Of a stretch of 64,000 nt of DNA, positions 62,027-64,000 are shown piece by piece. Origin of the DNA: Candidatus Shapirobacteria bacterium (GTDB lineage: Bacteria; Patescibacteriota; Microgenomatia; UBA12405). The notes under the pieces were generated by a model. That model was not told the origin of the DNA, did no database searches, and worked only from the letters and a program-made list of their open reading frames with translations. The first letter of the stretch is position 1. Each line of letters starts with the position of its first letter. Both the position numbers and the translations under genes were made by a program. The stretch spans positions 204,270-268,269 of the forward strand of contig JBAYIT010000001.1 in the NCBI GenBank assembly GCA_041665485.1. Reading direction: 5' to 3'.

Positions 62027-63058
62027 TCAGGGTAGAGCAATGCCCAGTGGGGAGGTTGTGGAAGTAGAAATTTTATCTTGAATTTGGTTTTGTATTGTTC
62101 GCCAATCTAGGTAGTAATCCCAAGACTCGTCATCATCTCCGGCTAGCCAATACCAAAAAACACCAGTGCGTAAACGGTCGGCCAATATGAGGTCAGGTAG
62201 GAGTTTGTCAAATTGACGTAAATAATTTTGGATAACGGTTTCCTCGTCGACAATTGGCGATGAGGCAATAACCTCTGGGGCTTCAAGCCGTTCAGGTGTG
62301 ATGTGCTGAACAGCCCACCGCCAAACATCGTCAAAGACATTAGTTGGTCTGGCTGTTTGGCCTGGCTGAGGCAATTTAAGCCCGGGCATGTCAACAACAA
62401 CAATGGGAGGGCGGTTACCGTTCTCAAATAATTTACAGAATTTGTCGAGGGCGAGGTTAAGGTTCCATTTTTCGGTTGTAGAATTGTTTTTGGGGTTCTG
62501 TTGCCAATATTGGTTGATGGCGGCGACAGCCGCTTTGATATCTAATGGTTGATTATTTAATAAACCAGCCTGATTTAAAATGTCGGTGTATAAAGAAATG
62601 TAGTCAATAGAAGAGAAGCCGGCTAAACTAACGACTTGAATTATTTCTGGTTTATTTTGGTGAGCGATAGCAGTGGCTAGGATGCTTTTGCCCATATTGC
62701 TTAGGCCGCCAAGGGCGACAACAGCTGGGGCTTGAACATCTTCGTTTGGTTGACCATATTGAGCGATGAGGTTAGCTTTGATTTGGAATAAGTCTCTGTC
62801 TCGATTTTTGTGGGCAAGGTGGCAAGCGGCAAGTAGCGGTAAGCCAAGATCTGACATGGCAAAAGCCATAATTTCGAGAGTATTTTGAGAAAGTTGAGGT
62901 TCTGTTTCGGTGGTAGTTGTTTTAGTTGTTGGTTGGGGGAAGTGTTTAAGAAGAGGTAGAAGGACGGTTCTGGTGCTGTCAACATCGCGCAAGACAGCCA
63001 ATTGGGCATGGTTTGCTAGCACCGGTAGAACAATAACTTCTCTATCTTCGGCGGCCAT
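62027..63058 (-). CDS. P-loop NTPase, hypothetical
   Basis: Walker A 'ALGGLSNMGKSILATAIA' and a Walker-B-like 'PIVVVDMPG'. Overlaps the upstream gene by 17 nt. Confidence 0.45.
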   Translation of the reverse strand: MAAEDREVIVLPVLANHAQLAVLRDVDSTRTVLLPLLKHFPQPTTKTTTTETEPQLSQNTLEIMAFAMSDLGLPLLAACHLAHKNRDRDLFQIKANLIAQYGQPNEDVQAPAVVALGGLSNMGKSILATAIAHQNKPEIIQVVSLAGFSSIDYISLYTDILNQAGLLNNQPLDIKAAVAAINQYWQQNPKNNSTTEKWNLNLALDKFCKLFENGNRPPIVVVDMPGLKLPQPGQTARPTNVFDDVWRWAVQHITPERLEAPEVIASSPIVDEETVIQNYLRQFDKLLPDLILADRLRTGVFWYWLAGDDDESWDYYLDWRTIQNQIQDKISTSTTSPLGIALP

Positions 63059-64000
63059 AGGAAATAACGGTTAGTTGATAACCAACCTTGGGAATGGTTT
63101 GGATTTGGTAGCGGGAGAGTTTGTCGTTTAGACGGCGCATGGTTTTGGCAATGGCTTGATCGGAAAAGCTGTCGTATTTACCCTGGCCCCACTTAAGATC
63201 AGAAATTTGCTCTTTATTGATTTCAAACTGATGAAGAAGCATAAATTCAAGAATATCTTTTTCGATTTTATTGAGCCGGTGGGGGGAAGGGATGCCAGCT
63301 TCACTGAAAGACAGGTCGAAATTGACAGTAATGGTGATTATGTTTTGTTGATTTTTTTTGATAAATTGGTCGAGAAGTGGGCTTTTAATGTCTTTAACTT
63401 GGTCTGATTGACAGGAGAGGTAAATTTGGGCAATGGGTTTGAGGATGCGGTCAAGATTGTTAATAGTTTCGGGATTGGAATTTAGAGGATAATTAGTGGC
63501 GACGAATTTGGTGAGCTGGACAATGCCGCCAGTTTCGGAGTAAATTTTGAGGTAATCATCGGGCTTAAGTTTAATGCCAAACTGACTGATAACTAACTTT
63601 TCATCTTTAGGAGACAGGGGTGGTAGATAATAAGTTTTATAAAGGTGATTGTGGTATTTGGAGAGTTGAAATTCAGAGCTGTGAATGAAGCCGGGGTTGG
63701 TGATGGCTAGAGCAAAATTTTGGCCAATTTTGGCTTGGGCAAAATACTGGTCGGCAATTGAAGAAGCGGTTTGAGGTTGCTGATCGAAACCGAGGTTAAG
63801 AATATTGAAGTCAGACAATGGTTCGTTTTCTTTTTCAATATATTTAATTTTTTTAGCGTGATGTTTTTCAGCAAACGATTTAAGAAGATGAGTGAGCCCC
63901 ATGCCAGGGAGGGATAAGAGGAGGATGCTGGTTTTAGTGTCAATGGAGTGGATTAGCTCTGATTCGAGTTGTTGATAGGCTTCAAGATCATAAGTGGCCA
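63042..64000 (-). CDS. OmpR/PhoB-type winged-helix DNA-binding protein with an N-terminal NTPase-like region, 5'-partial (continues past the window end)
   Basis: The C-terminus 'DILEFMLLHQFEINKEQISDLKWGQ…AIAKTMRRLNDKL…IQTIPKVGYQL' is a trans_reg_C winged helix. The frame stays open to base 64000 ('…ILLLSLPGMGLTHLL' is P-loop-like). Confidence 0.5.
   Translation of the reverse strand, partial: ATYDLEAYQQLESELIHSIDTKTSILLLSLPGMGLTHLLKSFAEKHHAKKIKYIEKENEPLSDFNILNLGFDQQPQTASSIADQYFAQAKIGQNFALAITNPGFIHSSEFQLSKYHNHLYKTYYLPPLSPKDEKLVISQFGIKLKPDDYLKIYSETGGIVQLTKFVATNYPLNSNPETINNLDRILKPIAQIYLSCQSDQVKDIKSPLLDQFIKKNQQNIITITVNFDLSFSEAGIPSPHRLNKIEKDILEFMLLHQFEINKEQISDLKWGQGKYDSFSDQAIAKTMRRLNDKLSRYQIQTIPKVGYQLTVISYGRRR

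Overview
This 64 kb window looks like an accessory-rich stretch of a small-genome bacterium. The AT-rich intergenic DNA, weak or absent Shine-Dalgarno sequences, giant surface protein and multiple 23S-IVS-type four-helix-bundle genes point to a Patescibacteria/CPR-like lineage, which is inference only. Housekeeping genes are present (radA, rho, comEA, comEC, leuS, mreB, tRNA-Arg(CCT), tRNA-Pro(CGG), LysM/M23 peptidase, O-antigen-ligase-like, TagA/WecB-like glycosyltransferase). Six things stand out from this background.

1. A ~7.3 kb integrative element bounded by a large serine recombinase has inserted in-frame into a trmB-family regulator gene. The two gene halves lie at 817-1248 and 8553-8909. 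The element carries a 954-aa KAP-family P-loop NTPase, an XRE HTH regulator, a small Zn-ribbon membrane protein and a 492-aa HExxH protein, which together make a candidate defence island.
2. A 4833-aa membrane-anchored giant protein has tail-fibre-like 'GNVGIGTT.P..KL.V' repeats. Its N-terminus carries a tyrosine-integrase core-binding (SAM-like) domain. A stand-alone protein with two such domains sits immediately upstream. The giant protein shares a novel ~60-aa C-terminal domain ending '…WWIIN' with a neighbouring TPR protein, and each of the two genes is followed by an Avd-like four-helix-bundle gene.
3. A translationally coupled operon encodes secreted proteins with dockerin-like DxDxNGxVDxxDLLxWKxxY modules.
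4. A six-gene cluster resembles the Firmicutes csc/WxL cell-surface locus: two WxL-like proteins, two DUF916/DUF3324-like proteins, one Cna-B-like anchored protein, plus an embedded GxxExxY gene.
5. Upstream of leuS there is a candidate Leu-responsive leader-peptide attenuator: promoter, leader ORF 'MLINLLLLLA', alternative antiterminator/terminator hairpins and a U-run.
6. Several families of short palindromic or tandem repeats are inserted in-frame inside coding genes (radA, comEA, leuS, tagA-like, signal peptides of surface proteins), in the manner of Rickettsia palindromic elements. One of them is a 99-nt frame-preserving palindromic element that splits comEC.

No CRISPR array, rRNA or reverse transcriptase was seen.
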